Assembly: GCA_046582655.1 (NCBI GenBank)
Contig: JAYGDX010000068.1
Coordinates: forward strand, 53,978-117,977
Direction: 5' to 3'
DNA from: Candidatus Poribacteria bacterium
GTDB taxonomy: Bacteria > Poribacteria > WGA-4E > UBA9662
Length of the DNA: 64,000 bases
Under the pieces are notes generated by a model. That model saw only the letters and a list, made by a program, of their open reading frames with translations, ran no database searches and was not told the DNA's origin. Below, in pieces: positions 48,729-57,711 of this stretch. The stretch's first letter is position 1. Every line of letters starts with the position of its first letter. The position numbers were made by a program, and so were the translations under genes.

Positions 48729-50999
48729 ATGCGCTTAATAGCTCTTATTCTAATTCTTATTGCAGTGGCAGGATTTGTTGGCTTTTTTGCCTTACAGCAA
48801 TTCACCAATGCTTTATTTATTTCATTGGCTATCGCGTTTTCTATTAGCATTGCATTTATTGCCTCTGTTATCCGCTACAAAAAACCTAAGGCCGATGTGG
48901 CCTTGGTTAGAACTGGGGGACGCGGATTTAAGATCAATATTACTGGCGGGCTATGGTTGAACACCATTATCCACGAAGTTAGGGAAGTCTCACTCAACAC
49001 CATGCGACTTGAGATACTTCGTGAAGGACAAGATGCTTTTATTACCGCTGATTTCAACCGTGCGGATGTTGAGGCTGTTTTCTATATTCAGGTTCAGCCG
49101 TTGGAGGACGATATTTTACGGGCTGCTCAATCTCTTGGTGATAAGAATATGACGCCAGAAACGATTCGGGAGTTGATTGAACAGAAGCTTGAAGGTGCTT
49201 TGAGAAGTGTTGCGGCTGAGAGTGGAATTGAGGAGTTATTGCAGAGAAGAGAAGAATTTGCTGACAAAGTCCAAGAAGCAGTTGGTGTTAACTTGCAGAT
49301 GGAGAATGGGCTTAAGCTTGAATCGGTGTCTATTATCCGAGTTGACCAAACGCCGATTGTTTCATTGGATATGGAGAACCGTTTTGATGCAATTGGTATC
49401 CGGACAATTACTGAGATTACCGCAGATCAAGCTCGTGAGAAGGAAAGAATCGTTCAGGAAAAAGAGGTAGCTATCGTTCAAATTGATGTTGAAGCAAATA
49501 TTCTCAAGCTAGAAGCTGATCAGTCGCAAGCATGGGCTGAATCCGACCAGCAGAAGAATATAGCCATTTACGCCGCCGAGCGTGAGGCAGACACACTCCA
49601 ATTTCAGTTTGAGATGGAGCAGGGTGTTCAAGAGCGTGAATACTTGATGAAGCAAGAAGTCGAAAAGGCAAGAGTTGCACAAGATCAGGCTATTCAGGAG
49701 CGAGAGATCGAAGCTACGCAGATGGTTGAAACGGCTAAGATAGAGCAGGAACAAGTGGTGGCTGAACGCGAAATTGAAAAGAACTTGGTTGTTGAAACAA
49801 AACAAATTGAGCAGACCAGAAAGGTTCAAATTACCGAGCTTGAAGCTAATCTAGCCGTCTCCATGGAACGTATCGAAATGGAACAGCAAGTTGAAGTTCG
49901 TGATCAGGAGAAACTGCTGGAGATCGAACGAGCTAAGCTTGCGATGGAAGAGGGTGTTAGTCTTAGAGATGTCGAAAAGACACTGGTGGTCGAAACAGCC
50001 AAGATTGCCCAGGAACAGCAGGTACAGCAGCGGGATATTGAGAAGAACTTGGTAATTGAAACGGCACAGATTGGTCAGGAACGTCAAGTGTCATTGACAG
50101 AGATTGAAAAGATGCAAACGGTGGATGTAGCCAAACTGTCACAGGAACAGGTAGTTGGTATTCGTGAGCAAGGGAAACTGCTGGAGGTCGAACGAGCCAA
50201 GCTCACTATGGAAGAGGGTGTTGGTCTTAGAGATGTCGAAAAGACACTGGTGGTCGAGACAGCCAAGATTGGTCAGGAACAGCAGGTGCAGCAGCGGGAT
50301 ATTGAGAAGAACCTGGTGGTTGAAACGACACAGATTGGTCAAGGTCGGCAGGTTGAATTGACAGAGATTGAAAAGATCCTTACCGTCGAGCAATCTCGAA
50401 TTGATCAGGAACTGGTTGTTCAGCTCAAAGACGAGGATCGAAAGATTGATGTTGCGAATAGGCAGGTTACAACAGCTACAGCTGAGAAAGGACAACTACT
50501 TGCTGAAGCAGGACGCGCAGAAGCACAAGTTGAAGTCATAGCTGCCCAACGGGTCAGAGAAGCAGAATGGCAGCGTGATATAGCCATCCTTGGTGGAGAA
50601 GCTCAAGCCCAACCGATCGAACGTTTGGCAGATGCTGTTCTGGCCGAAGCACGCGCAAAAGCTACAGGGGAGATGGTGCATTTGGAAGCACGAAATGTGG
50701 CTGAACAGCGTGTTCTTGTTCAAGAAGCGTTACTAGAACTCATCGAGGTCTCACCTGAATTGGTAGAGAGGTTGATGAAACCTGTCGAGAAAATTGATTC
50801 CATCAAGATCCTCGACATGGGTGGTTCGGATGGCAAGGGTAGTAGCAAAATGGGAAAGTTGGCCAGCAACATCCTTGATACGGGAACGATTTCTCCGATG
50901 CTGAAGGAACTTTTTGACTTCGCTGACGTAGATGCTAAGCAGATTGCAGATAAAATTGGTGAATATTTACAGGGATTAGCAGGACGTCAAAATAGTTAG
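48729..50999 (+). CDS. Flotillin/SPFH (YqiK-like) membrane protein with an expanded 22-residue repeat region
   Basis: N-terminal membrane hairpin. SPFH core (VALVRTGGRGFKI...AFITADFNRADVEAVFYIQV). A long coiled-coil region. A flotillin-type C-terminus. Confidence 0.8.
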   Translation: MRLIALILILIAVAGFVGFFALQQFTNALFISLAIAFSISIAFIASVIRYKKPKADVALVRTGGRGFKINITGGLWLNTIIHEVREVSLNTMRLEILREGQDAFITADFNRADVEAVFYIQVQPLEDDILRAAQSLGDKNMTPETIRELIEQKLEGALRSVAAESGIEELLQRREEFADKVQEAVGVNLQMENGLKLESVSIIRVDQTPIVSLDMENRFDAIGIRTITEITADQAREKERIVQEKEVAIVQIDVEANILKLEADQSQAWAESDQQKNIAIYAAEREADTLQFQFEMEQGVQEREYLMKQEVEKARVAQDQAIQEREIEATQMVETAKIEQEQVVAEREIEKNLVVETKQIEQTRKVQITELEANLAVSMERIEMEQQVEVRDQEKLLEIERAKLAMEEGVSLRDVEKTLVVETAKIAQEQQVQQRDIEKNLVIETAQIGQERQVSLTEIEKMQTVDVAKLSQEQVVGIREQGKLLEVERAKLTMEEGVGLRDVEKTLVVETAKIGQEQQVQQRDIEKNLVVETTQIGQGRQVELTEIEKILTVEQSRIDQELVVQLKDEDRKIDVANRQVTTATAEKGQLLAEAGRAEAQVEVIAAQRVREAEWQRDIAILGGEAQAQPIERLADAVLAEARAKATGEMVHLEARNVAEQRVLVQEALLELIEVSPELVERLMKPVEKIDSIKILDMGGSDGKGSSKMGKLASNILDTGTISPMLKELFDFADVDAKQIADKIGEYLQGLAGRQNS
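49629..50486 (+). repeat. In-frame array of 13 x 22-codon repeats, including a roughly 90%-identical 264-bp tandem duplication (49908-50171 and 50172-50435)
   Basis: Counting residues 301-586 gives 13 consecutive 22-mers with the consensus xxR(D/E)IEKxLVVETAxIxQEQxV. The nucleotide copies starting GAGAAACTGCTGGAGATCGAACGAGC and GGGAAACTGCTGGAGGTCGAACGAGC lie 264 bp apart. Confidence 0.85.
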
Positions 51000-51010
51000 A
51001 CTGGATTGAA

Positions 51011-52435
51011 ATGCGTAGATCCGATCCATTTAGAAAAAATCGGTTACGAATTAAAAAAGTCCGGTGCCGCACCTGTGGATCTGATAATGGCAAACGTACG
51101 TGTCCAGCATTAAGTAGTATTGTCATTTGTCCGCAATGTTGCCGTGCCAAGCGAGCCAAGATTCCTGGATGTGATCAAAATTGTAGATATTACGCTTCCC
51201 TGCTTAATACGAGCCGAAACCTCCCGCCTCCTGAATATCCAGTCTATGAATGTTTCGTTAGCCGGTCGCAAGACACAGGCCTGGTACTGGCAGTGGTTGC
51301 TCGACAACGATCCGATGGTAATCTGCGTGCAATGATTACCCTGCTTGATTTCTGGAAGAAAGGGATTCGTGATTGCGTGGTCATCGCAAATGTAACAGAG
51401 AAAGCACTTCACCAACGAATCACACAGATTGCTAAATCCCACAATATCGGAGGGAAGCCAGCGAGAGAATCTGATAGTCAGGAACAGACTGTTGGTATTG
51501 TGACCGATGATCTGGTGAGCCACTGGTCTTTTGATCTAGCCAGTGTTAGAGGCAAGACGCTTAAAGACGTGTGGGGTGAAAATCATGGCAAAATCGAGGG
51601 TAGTCCGAAGATGGCTCAAGGAAAAGCACGTGGTGGATTAAGGTTCGGCGGCAGGGGAAAGGATCGGATAATTGTGCCTCATCACGAAAGTCTGAACCTA
51701 GAGGGGCGCATGACATTGTGTGCTTGGATCTATTGGAATGGGCGTTCTGACATCATTGTTACCAAGCGAGAACCTCTTAATTATCAATTTTCTGCATTGG
51801 AAAATAAAACGATCCAATTATGTGTTGGAGGTAGTGGGAATGAACGTGGATATGCTTGTGTCTATTCAGATCGGGTCTTGATACCTAATAGATGGGTGCA
51901 TATTGCTGTGGTCCGTGATAGCGAGACAGTATTTTTCTACAAGGATGGAGAACATGCTGGTACAGAACAGGTTTCTAGCGCAAGCATGACGAATGACAAG
52001 GACCTGATTATTGGTTCCAGTCCTAGGGGATACTTTCGATATGGTGGTATTCTTGATGAGTTGAGCATCTATAATAACGTGCTGAGTCAAAACGAAATTC
52101 GGCAAAATTTCTCTGCCAAAAAGGGACTTGAAATCTCCGAAGAATTCCAGTATCATTTCGAGTCTGTTGAATTCTCAGAATATCAGAGATTAATTCGTCA
52201 CGGTTACGACATCGCTACGGAAGCGAAGACAGAAATTCCTTGGGAGTTTAATTACTGGCGCGATATTGTTGGTAATATGAATGAAATACCCGAAACCGAA
52301 GGGTCACTATATAAATGTCCGAAGTGTGCGGGGGAACTTCCACAAGTTGCCGTAGATCTCATCAAACAGCATGCTCAGTCCGATGACATGCAATTCTATA
52401 TTGTTTGTCGTAAATGCAGTGGAGAGTTTGACTAA
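51011..52435 (+). CDS. Cys-rich zinc-ribbon / LamG / zinc-ribbon protein, no signal peptide
   Basis: The N-terminus reads CRTCGS...CP...CPQCC...CDQNC. The middle carries LamG_3 signatures (HWSFD, GGLRFGG, MTLCAWIYWNG, WVHIAVVRD, GILDELSIYNNVLSQNEI). The C-terminus has CPKCAG...CRKCSG. It lies 11 nt after the flotillin stop. Confidence 0.65.
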   Translation: MRRSDPFRKNRLRIKKVRCRTCGSDNGKRTCPALSSIVICPQCCRAKRAKIPGCDQNCRYYASLLNTSRNLPPPEYPVYECFVSRSQDTGLVLAVVARQRSDGNLRAMITLLDFWKKGIRDCVVIANVTEKALHQRITQIAKSHNIGGKPARESDSQEQTVGIVTDDLVSHWSFDLASVRGKTLKDVWGENHGKIEGSPKMAQGKARGGLRFGGRGKDRIIVPHHESLNLEGRMTLCAWIYWNGRSDIIVTKREPLNYQFSALENKTIQLCVGGSGNERGYACVYSDRVLIPNRWVHIAVVRDSETVFFYKDGEHAGTEQVSSASMTNDKDLIIGSSPRGYFRYGGILDELSIYNNVLSQNEIRQNFSAKKGLEISEEFQYHFESVEFSEYQRLIRHGYDIATEAKTEIPWEFNYWRDIVGNMNEIPETEGSLYKCPKCAGELPQVAVDLIKQHAQSDDMQFYIVCRKCSGEFD

Positions 52436-52449
52436 GTATCAATAAATTG

Positions 52450-52479
52450 TTTACAAATAGATGGCCGATAGTATATAAT
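52450..52479 (+). promoter_or_regulatory. Possible sigma70-type promoter of the nuo operon
   Basis: TTTACA (52450-52455), an 18-nt spacer, then TATAAT (52474-52479). This is 36 nt upstream of the nuoA ATG. Confidence 0.35.
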
Positions 52480-52514
52480 CAGGGCTGATATTTTTTGAAA
52501 AGGCTGTAGACTGA

Positions 52515-52919
52515 ATGCTATTTAACTTTGCAAATGTTCTCCTGTTCCTAATAGGAGGCTTTATATTTGTAGCTTTAAACCTAATCCTCTCCCGATTCCT
52601 TCAGACTAGGCTTCCCTCGACAGAAAAGGAAATCCCTTATGAATGCGGTGAAGATCCAATTGGCGATACCCGAATTAAATTTAACACACGCTTTTACGTC
52701 ATTGCATTGATCTTTTTAATCTTTGAAGTTGAGATTGTGTTTTTGTTCCCTTGGGGGGTTGTCTTTCGGAAATTAATTGAGGATGGAGCTGGTATCCTTG
52801 CCTTTGGTGAAATGTTCGTTTTCATTCTAATTCTTCTGGTAGGCCTTGCTTATGTTTGGGCAAAAGGTGATTTGGAGTGGATTCGTTCAATTCAATCTGT
52901 TCAGGAGGAGAATACATAA
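52515..52919 (+). CDS. nuoA: NADH-quinone oxidoreductase subunit A
   Basis: 134 aa with three TM segments. YECGEDPIGD and FLIFEVEIVFLFPW are typical of NuoA/ND3. Confidence 0.9.
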   Translation: MLFNFANVLLFLIGGFIFVALNLILSRFLQTRLPSTEKEIPYECGEDPIGDTRIKFNTRFYVIALIFLIFEVEIVFLFPWGVVFRKLIEDGAGILAFGEMFVFILILLVGLAYVWAKGDLEWIRSIQSVQEENT

Positions 52920-52922
52920 GTA

Positions 52923-53471
52923 ATGCAACAACAAAATCAACCTATCAATATTGTTAACGATGAGGATTTCGATAAAAACATCATCGTTACTTCAATTGAT
53001 GCTGTTGCTAATTGGGCGAGGCTGTCCTCACTTTGGCCGATGACTTTTGGGCTTGCCTGCTGTGCAATTGAATTTATGGCAACAGCTGCATCTAATTTTG
53101 ATCTTGATCGTTTTGGAGCCGGTGTTCCACGAGCTTCACCGAGACAATCAGATTTAATCATTGTCTCTGGCACGGTCACATTGAAAATGGCAACTCGAAT
53201 TGTTCGTCTTTACGAGCAGATGCCAGAACCTAAATACGTAATTTCAATGGGGAGTTGTGCGACAAGTGGTGGTCCATATTGGCAACATGGTTATCACGTT
53301 CTGAAAGGTGTCGATAGGATTATTCCGGTCGATGTCTATGTACCCGGTTGTCCCCCTCGTCCTGAGGCAGTGCTCGAAGGTCTGATGAAGTTACAGGAAA
53401 AAATTCGAGAACAAACTAAAAGTGGTCCTGCCACCGTACCTTTCCTACGAAAGCTTTTCAAAGCTCGCTAA
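52923..53471 (+). CDS. nuoB: NADH-quinone oxidoreductase subunit B
   Basis: [21 protein letters not shown] and VPGCPPRPE (N2 cluster ligands). Confidence 0.95.
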   Translation: MQQQNQPINIVNDEDFDKNIIVTSIDAVANWARLSSLWPMTFGLACCAIEFMATAASNFDLDRFGAGVPRASPRQSDLIIVSGTVTLKMATRIVRLYEQMPEPKYVISMGSCATSGGPYWQHGYHVLKGVDRIIPVDVYVPGCPPRPEAVLEGLMKLQEKIREQTKSGPATVPFLRKLFKAR

Positions 53472-53495
53472 CAAAATCGAGTCCAACTAAATAAG

Positions 53496-53981
53496 ATGAT
53501 AATCGAAGAAATTCAAGGGTTGCTTTGTGAAAAATTCGGTGACAAGATATCGCCGATTGAAGAAGAAGCCGTCCATGATTCTTGTATCTTAGTGGATTCG
53601 GCCTTAGTTGACGAGATTTGCCGATATCTTTACGATGATAAACGTCTGGCTTTTGACATGCTGATGTGCCTCAGCGGTGTGGATCTCAGTCTTGAAGACG
53701 AAAATTTGTACGTTGTCTATCATCTCTTCTCAGATGTTCATCTACATAAAGTTGCAATCAAAGCTATTGTACCGAAGGAGAATCCACATCTACCAACGGT
53801 GGAAAACATTTGGAAAACCGCAAATTGGCATGAGCGCGAAGCCTATGATCTCTTTGGTATTGTTTTTGATGGACACAGTGATCTTAGAAGGATTTTATTA
53901 CCGGACGATTGGGAAGGCCACCCATTACGTAAGAATTATAAAGAACCTGATACATACCGAGGAATGAAAGTTCCATACTAG
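53496..53981 (+). CDS. nuoC: NADH-quinone oxidoreductase subunit C
   Basis: ANWHEREAYDLFGIVFDGHSDLRRILLPDDWEGHPLRK is the NuoC/30-kDa signature. Confidence 0.9.
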   Translation: MIIEEIQGLLCEKFGDKISPIEEEAVHDSCILVDSALVDEICRYLYDDKRLAFDMLMCLSGVDLSLEDENLYVVYHLFSDVHLHKVAIKAIVPKENPHLPTVENIWKTANWHEREAYDLFGIVFDGHSDLRRILLPDDWEGHPLRKNYKEPDTYRGMKVPY

Positions 53982-53986
53982 ACTGG

Positions 53987-55165
53987 ATGACATCAGTGGC
54001 AACAGAAGAAAACAAGTTTATCGAAGTCCAACCATTCTCAGACGAGATGGTTGTCAGCATGGGGCCTCAGCACCCGAGTACCCATGGTGTTCTGAAGTTG
54101 GAATTAAAACTTGATGGTGAAATCGTCCGTGAGGCCATTCCACATATTGGCTATCTGCACCGTTGTTTTGAAAAACACGCCGAAAATTTATCCTATCCTC
54201 AGATTATCCCATTTACCGATCGGATGGATTATATCTCTGCCATGAATCAAAATTGGGGATTCTGTCTTGCTGTCGAGAAGATGATGGCAGCTGATGAAAA
54301 ATTTCCTGAAATACCTGAAAGGGCAGAATATCTGCGTGTTCTCGTTGGAGAGCTAAACCGCATCGCTAGCCATTTACTCTCCTTTGGCACCTATGGCATG
54401 GATATTGGTGCTTTTACGCCATTCCTATATGCTTTTCGTGATCGGGAGAAGATTCTTTTGCTTTTTGAGGAGATTTGTGGTGCTCGGTTGACTTATAACT
54501 ACATTCGGATTGGCGGAGTGTCAAGGGACATGCCACCGGATTGGTTGGATCACGTTAAAGATTTTATCGACTATTTTGAACCGAAGATTGATGAGTACAA
54601 TTCGCTGTTAACAGAAAACAAAATTTTCGTCGAACGTACAGTCAGAATTGCCGTTCTGGATGAAGACATGGCAATTAACTATGGTATAACAGGACCCAAT
54701 TTGCGAGGTGCAGGTAAAAGGTGGGATTTGCGAAAGGATGAACCTTATTCGATCTATGATCGATTTGACTTTGATATCCCTGTTGGTCATGATATTCCCA
54801 GGATTGGCGCTGTGCTTGGGGATTGTTGGAATCGGTATAAAGTCCGCATGGATGAAATGAAAGAGTCCGTTAGAATTATTCGACAGATTCTCAATCGGGA
54901 GATTCCTGATGGTCCGATCATGGCGCAATATAAAGCCGTTCGACCGCCAGCTGGTGAAATCTTTGATCGAAGCGAAGCCCCGCGGGGGGAACTTGGTTTC
55001 TATATTGTCAGTGACGGCAGCGTGAAACCGGTTCGGCTAAAAGCCAAATCGCCTTGTTTTACAGCATTAAGCGCATTACAAGAATTAAGTAAAGGACTGA
55101 TGGTGGCTGACATCATCGCAATTATTGGCAGTATTGACATTGTTATGGGAGAAGTTGACAGATAA
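53987..55165 (+). CDS. nuoD: NADH-quinone oxidoreductase subunit D
   Basis: MGPQHPSTHGVLKL, IGYLHRCFEK and SEAPRGELGFYIVSDG are typical of NuoD/49-kDa. Confidence 0.95.
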   Translation: MTSVATEENKFIEVQPFSDEMVVSMGPQHPSTHGVLKLELKLDGEIVREAIPHIGYLHRCFEKHAENLSYPQIIPFTDRMDYISAMNQNWGFCLAVEKMMAADEKFPEIPERAEYLRVLVGELNRIASHLLSFGTYGMDIGAFTPFLYAFRDREKILLLFEEICGARLTYNYIRIGGVSRDMPPDWLDHVKDFIDYFEPKIDEYNSLLTENKIFVERTVRIAVLDEDMAINYGITGPNLRGAGKRWDLRKDEPYSIYDRFDFDIPVGHDIPRIGAVLGDCWNRYKVRMDEMKESVRIIRQILNREIPDGPIMAQYKAVRPPAGEIFDRSEAPRGELGFYIVSDGSVKPVRLKAKSPCFTALSALQELSKGLMVADIIAIIGSIDIVMGEVDR

Positions 55166-55251
55166 GCGTTCTTTCTCCTTAACTTCAGGGAATTGGTTCT
55201 TAGCTATTTAGTGAAAACGGAAATGCGACAGTTTTTAGTGTTTTTGATAAC

Positions 55252-56481
55252 TTGCCTACAGTAATGGTTGAATCAAGTAAACCATTGGCTAACTTGCTAG
55301 TGGAGATTCTTCCTCCTCTACCAGGATTTCTTAAAGGATACGAGCAACTAATTGCCATGATTACCTGTTGCGGGATCTTCGTGGCAATTTTTCCATTAAT
55401 TCCCCTTGTGTTGGTTTTAGCTGAAAGAAAAGTTTCTGCTTTTATACAAGATCGAACAGGGCCGATGAGGGTTGGTCCTTGGGGGATCCTGCAAACCTTA
55501 GCAGACGGTGTAAAATTACTCTTCAAGGAAGATCTCATTCCTCCATACGGTGATAGAGTGCTATTCCGGCTTGCGCCCTATATCATCTTTTGTTTTTCTT
55601 TAGCCGTCTTTGTTGCCATACCATTTGGTGGAATAGATCTAGATGATGATCAGTATATTTTTATTGTCAGTAATCTCAACATCGGTATCTTCTACATCAT
55701 GGCGGTGTCTTCTGTTGTAGTGATTGGTGTGATTATGGCTGGGTGGGCATCGAACAGCAAGTGGTCTCTTCTTGGTTCTCTGCGTTCAGCGGCTCAGATA
55801 GTTAGCTATGAAATCCCGGTTGGTTTGTCAATTCTGGTCGTAATTATGGTGGTACAGACGCTTAATATGCAAGAAATTGTCGATCAGCAAAACAGTGGAC
55901 TTCATAGTTGGTTGATTTTTCGGACACCGTTTAGTTTTATCGCTTTTTTCGTCTTCTTTATTTCTGCTATTGCTGAAGTTAATCGAACCCCTTTCGATCT
56001 CCCTGAAGCGGAATCTGAACTGGTTGCCGGTTTTCATACTGAATACAGTGGTATGCGTTTTGCACTCTTCTTCATTGCTGAATATGCCAACATGTTCGCT
56101 GTCTGTGCCATTGCTGTCACGCTTTTCCTTGGAGGATGGCAAGGTGTTCTTCCAGGAATAGATATACTCGGCGGATTGCCAGGTTTTATTTTCAAAACTC
56201 TCTTTCTCGTTTTTGTCATGATGTGGATTCGTTGGACCTTGCCTCGGTTACGGGTAGATCAATTGATGAATTTGTGTTGGAAATACTTGATCCCTATTTC
56301 GTTCTTTAATATCCTTGGTATTGGAATATGGATGTTGGTTTTTGGTGCTGATACTATGAATATGAAAAGCTTAGGGGCTAGCTTAGTTATTATAGTTCTT
56401 GGGCTTTTTCTCCTCCTGGGACAAGTTTTCAAAGGTGTACCGAGTATCAAAAAGGAAACTATTCCAGCATCATCGACTTAG
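55252..56481 (+). CDS. nuoH: NADH-quinone oxidoreductase subunit H
   Basis: AERKVSAFIQDRTGPMRVGPWGILQ, AEVNRTPFDLPEAESELVAGFHTEYSG and RWTLPRLRVDQLM. Start TTG 55252 or ATG 55264. It follows nuoD directly after an 86-nt gap. Confidence 0.9.
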   Translation: MPTVMVESSKPLANLLVEILPPLPGFLKGYEQLIAMITCCGIFVAIFPLIPLVLVLAERKVSAFIQDRTGPMRVGPWGILQTLADGVKLLFKEDLIPPYGDRVLFRLAPYIIFCFSLAVFVAIPFGGIDLDDDQYIFIVSNLNIGIFYIMAVSSVVVIGVIMAGWASNSKWSLLGSLRSAAQIVSYEIPVGLSILVVIMVVQTLNMQEIVDQQNSGLHSWLIFRTPFSFIAFFVFFISAIAEVNRTPFDLPEAESELVAGFHTEYSGMRFALFFIAEYANMFAVCAIAVTLFLGGWQGVLPGIDILGGLPGFIFKTLFLVFVMMWIRWTLPRLRVDQLMNLCWKYLIPISFFNILGIGIWMLVFGADTMNMKSLGASLVIIVLGLFLLLGQVFKGVPSIKKETIPASST

Positions 56482-56508
56482 ATAGTTGAAAAAAAGAGGT
56501 TGATTTTT

Positions 56509-57153
56509 ATGGTTGGATACATTTCAAATATATACGTTGGTATTTATACAGTTTTAGTTGGGATGGTGATTACCTTTAGACAGATGCTAAGGCCGCGCGT
56601 AACGCACCAGTATCCGTATCAATACGAGTTCGAGAGGAAAGATAATTATCGTGAAATCCCAATTGGGTACCGTGGTCAGTTACACAATCGTGTTGAGGAT
56701 TGTATCGTTTGCAACAAGTGTGTGCTAATCTGTCCAGTTGATTGTATCTATATTGACTCGCGAAAGCCTTCAGGTGGGCGCGGCGCAAAATTATGGGAAA
56801 GCATGAACGTGGTCCATCTCAAGGATAGAAAACAGATTATCGGCATTGTTGAAGGGGGCACGAAGAAAATCGAACCTGATACAGAGATCACGATTAGTCA
56901 GACAGTACCAGCTGGAAAAACCAGGACAGTTTCAAGTAATGATGTTGATCGGATCGTCGAACGTAAGAAAGTTACTTTCTATATGGATCGGTTTGATATT
57001 GATATGGCACTATGCATGTATTGCGGCCTATGTACTGAAGTTTGTCCTACTGAAAGTTTGACAATGGTCGACAGCTTGGAGGGCCTCGAATACTCTGAGT
57101 TTGACCGATCCCGCCTCAACTACAGTTTTGTAAAACCGGAATTGTATGAATAA
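56509..57153 (+). CDS. nuoI: NADH-quinone oxidoreductase subunit I with an enlarged spacer between clusters
   Basis: ATG lies 9 nt after AAGAGG. There are two CxxCxxCxxxCP motifs (CIVCNKCVLICP and CMYCGLCTEVCP), separated by 94 residues between the last Cys of the first motif and the first Cys of the second. Confidence 0.85.
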   Translation: MVGYISNIYVGIYTVLVGMVITFRQMLRPRVTHQYPYQYEFERKDNYREIPIGYRGQLHNRVEDCIVCNKCVLICPVDCIYIDSRKPSGGRGAKLWESMNVVHLKDRKQIIGIVEGGTKKIEPDTEITISQTVPAGKTRTVSSNDVDRIVERKKVTFYMDRFDIDMALCMYCGLCTEVCPTESLTMVDSLEGLEYSEFDRSRLNYSFVKPELYE

Positions 57154-57195
57154 TGGTTATGCAAGACATGCTGGTGTCGTAAAGGAATGTGATTC

Positions 57196-57711
57196 ATGGA
57201 AGCTTCTGAACTTGTTTTTTACCTGTTTGCTTTACTGACTGTGGTGTCGGCAGCGGCTGTCGTGACCTTACCTAACGTTGTGCACGCAGCTTTTTCGTTG
57301 ATGGTAACGCTTTTCTCTATCGCTGGCCTTTACGTTTTCTTGCAAGCCGACTTTTTAGCCGCAACACAGGTAATTGTTTACGTTGGTGGGATTTTAGTGC
57401 TTATTCTGTTCGGAGTATTGATGACGAGCAGCAAGCTTGTAATGAAGGTTAACATTGAAGTGAGTAAATGGCAGATGTTTGGGGGAATTATAGTTTCTTC
57501 CGCTCTCTTTGCTGTGCTGTTGCTGCTCATTTTTGAAACACCGTGGAATATCTTATCGGAGGTTGTTGATTCATCGGATAGTACTACTGAACAAATTGGA
57601 ATAGCGATTTTGCAGAAGAAGTTCTTGCTCCCATTTGAAGTTACTTCAATTGTTCTTTTAATTGCTTTGATTGGCGCGGTATTTATTTCACGCACAGAGG
57701 TACAGGAATAG
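57196..57711 (+). CDS. nuoJ: NADH-quinone oxidoreductase subunit J
   Basis: 171 aa with five TM segments. ADFLAATQVIVYVGGILVLILF is the NuoJ/ND6-type motif. Operon position supports the call. Confidence 0.85.
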   Translation: MEASELVFYLFALLTVVSAAAVVTLPNVVHAAFSLMVTLFSIAGLYVFLQADFLAATQVIVYVGGILVLILFGVLMTSSKLVMKVNIEVSKWQMFGGIIVSSALFAVLLLLIFETPWNILSEVVDSSDSTTEQIGIAILQKKFLLPFEVTSIVLLIALIGAVFISRTEVQE

